This document shows, one piece after another, positions 62,586 to 64,000 of a stretch of DNA of 64,000 nt; position 1 is the first letter of the stretch; every line of letters starts with the position of its first letter. The position numbers and the translations under genes are program-made. Source of the stretch: Candidatus Omnitrophota bacterium (GTDB lineage: Bacteria; Omnitrophota; Gorgyraeia; VGKN01); the NCBI GenBank assembly GCA_020052955.1, contig JAGVOB010000004.1:12522-76521 (forward strand), given 5' to 3'. The notes beneath the pieces are model-generated. The model worked only from the letters and a program-made list of their open reading frames with translations, was not told the origin of the DNA and ran no database searches.

Positions 62586-62606
62586 CCGTATCATTTTTAA
62601 TGTAAC
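62583..62606 (+). repeat. Conserved post-stop sequence, copy 2
   Basis: TAACCGTATCATTTTTAATGTAAC versus TAACCGTATCATTTTTTGTGTAAC at 925-948. Confidence 0.85.
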
Positions 62607-62876
62607 ATATTAAAAAATAAATATTTATGAAATAATAACTAAAGTTGAGTTTTAAGGTTTAGGTTAAGGCAAAATGAAAAAGCCAGAGGTCATAGGCGAT
62701 AAGCCATAAGCACAGAATTAGAGGGCAAATGAAGCCTTCCATAACTCCTAGGGCTATTATCCCTCCCTTTGCTCGGGATGGTGAGCGTTAGGTGAACCAA
62801 AGGGTGCGGTTTTCCCCTCGTTTAGCTCGAAACTCTGCTGGCCGCGAATGTTAAATGGGTAATTTATAGTAAGAAT

Positions 62877-62928
62877 AAACAAAATTTAGATGTTTGGGTA
62901 TTGTAATTTTATTTTTGTTGGGTATACT
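62877..62928 (+). promoter_or_regulatory. Putative sigma70-type promoter with conserved upstream 15-mer, for the downstream paralog
   Basis: AAACAAAATTTAGAT (62877-62891), 9 nt, TTGTAA (62901-62906), 16 nt, TATACT (62923-62928). Spacing is identical to 1134-1185. Confidence 0.65.
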
Positions 62929-63081
62929 TTTAGTAGTGGATAGTAGGAAATAAAGGTTATTTTTTTTAGTGACTTAAAAAGGGTGTTTAAAATTATTAAA
63001 AAATGTTTTTAATTAATGATATTTTATATGTACTTTCTAACATATTATAATAACATTTTCCTTAATTAAAGGGTGTAACAA

Positions 63082-63999
63082 ATGATAGACTGGCAGACAG
63101 GTAATCACAAGTTCTGGTTAAAACTTATAACCTTGGTTATAGCCGAGGTGTTTTTATTTACCTCAATAGACCTTCCTTTATCAAAGCCCGATATCGCCCA
63201 CGCCTCTCCAACTGAAAAATTAGCGCCGCCGTTAGTCACAGGCGGTCAATCCGATAAAGCCCCTATTAGAAAAGCAAGGCGAGTTGCCGGAGAAGACACA
63301 TTACAAACTGCCGCACAAGACCTGCCGATAGTTGTTGAGGGAGATAATCTATTTAAAGCAATAGATAAAGCAGTTAAGCACATCTCTCAAGATGACATAG
63401 CGCAGAGTGGAAATAAAGACAATATCCCCGCCCTACTCTTAAATATCAATAACAGGTGGGTCCTTTTGTTGTTAAATACCTTAACAAGAGACAATATACC
63501 GCAAAACGTATTGGATATGTTGGGCTCTGAGATAGTAGAGCGCCTGATAGAAAGCGGTATGGAGCAGCCTGCAAGAGCAGACCTATCTACTGCGGATGCA
63601 CCAGGCATGCAAATAAGCCAGGCTGTTTTAGGCGATGGCCGCTTATCGTTGAAATTAGACGAAAGAGGAGCTATCTTATTATCCGGAGAAGATGATAACA
63701 GATTAACCCTTGTTGATTTACAGGTAGATATGGAGAAGGTGCCTGATTGGCTGAGGCCGCCTCAACAAGGCCCTCCCGTCGCTGTCTCCACGTCTGCCAT
63801 TTCAGTTCAGTTTAGATTTGTAAATCTTAATCTGTCCGCATCTGAAAGCACAGTAGAAACAGCAGAAGTAGCACCAGCTACACCCCTACAAGCAAGGCCA
63901 GCTAGCGCAGCGGAACTCAAGCGCGCCGAAGAAGCCCTCAAGCAAGCCCAAGCAGCAGCTATTCCAGTAACAGTTACAGCACACCCGGCAATACAAATT
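63082..63999 (+). CDS. 5' end of a downstream paralogous secreted/membrane protein, truncated by the window end
   Basis: Translated by hand: ATG at 63082 after AAAGGG, no stop to the window end. MIDWQTGNHKFWLKLITLVIAEVFLFTSIDLPLSKPDIAHASPTEKLAPPLVTG matches the giant N-terminus MVDWQTGGKKMWIRLIALVIAEVFLFTSIDLPFSNSNAYASPQEKLVPPMLTG. Confidence 0.9.
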   Translation, partial: MIDWQTGNHKFWLKLITLVIAEVFLFTSIDLPLSKPDIAHASPTEKLAPPLVTGGQSDKAPIRKARRVAGEDTLQTAAQDLPIVVEGDNLFKAIDKAVKHISQDDIAQSGNKDNIPALLLNINNRWVLLLLNTLTRDNIPQNVLDMLGSEIVERLIESGMEQPARADLSTADAPGMQISQAVLGDGRLSLKLDERGAILLSGEDDNRLTLVDLQVDMEKVPDWLRPPQQGPPVAVSTSAISVQFRFVNLNLSASESTVETAEVAPATPLQARPASAAELKRAEEALKQAQAAAIPVTVTAHPAIQI

Positions 64000-64000
64000 C

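Noticed and set aside
1359-62585. Giant ORF as an artefact of genetic-code choice or as an operon of separate genes
   Set aside because: It is open in the standard code with no TAA, TAG or TGA in frame, and domains are joined by ordinary linkers. Misassembly at repeats cannot be excluded without reads.
1359-62585. NRPS/PKS, RTX, Rhs or autotransporter interpretation
   Set aside because: No adenylation, ketosynthase or carrier motifs, GGxGxD nonapeptides, YD repeats or C-terminal beta-barrel were seen.
1280-63608. The many 60-170 aa minus-strand and alternate-frame ORFs in the track
   Set aside because: All overlap the long + strand CDSs, show no recognisable domains, and look like antisense shadows.

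Overview
About 96% of this window is one uninterrupted + strand ORF (1359-62585, 20,408 aa). It sits in a head-to-tail array of paralogous genes. The ORF ending at 927 is open back to base 1 and shares its C-terminal module and post-stop DNA. An ORF starting at 63082, missing from the supplied track, is open to the window end and shares its N-terminal signal sequence and promoter layout. The giant protein reads as a membrane-embedded multi-enzyme polypeptide. In order it carries: a signal peptide; a SecY-like channel followed in frame by a SecA-like ATPase; a run of TM-hairpin/internal-lipobox cassettes, each followed by an outward-facing domain (three HExxH zincin-like, VanW-like, GH23 lysozyme-like, GH162 beta-1,2-glucanase, beta-sandwich modules, a ~2.8 kb tandem duplication); HEAT-like and Y-W helical repeats; a GH144/GH189-like domain and a GT84-like glucan synthase; M50-like and CPBP-like membrane protease modules; and a cytoplasmic tail of UDP-sugar pyrophosphorylase-, uridine kinase-, cytidylate kinase-, CheR- and HD-like domains. 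This resembles the giant proteins reported from Omnitrophota, but the taxonomy is inferred, not shown. All domain calls are motif recognition by eye and need HMM or structure confirmation; domain boundaries are approximate. No rRNA, tRNA, CRISPR or transposase was seen.
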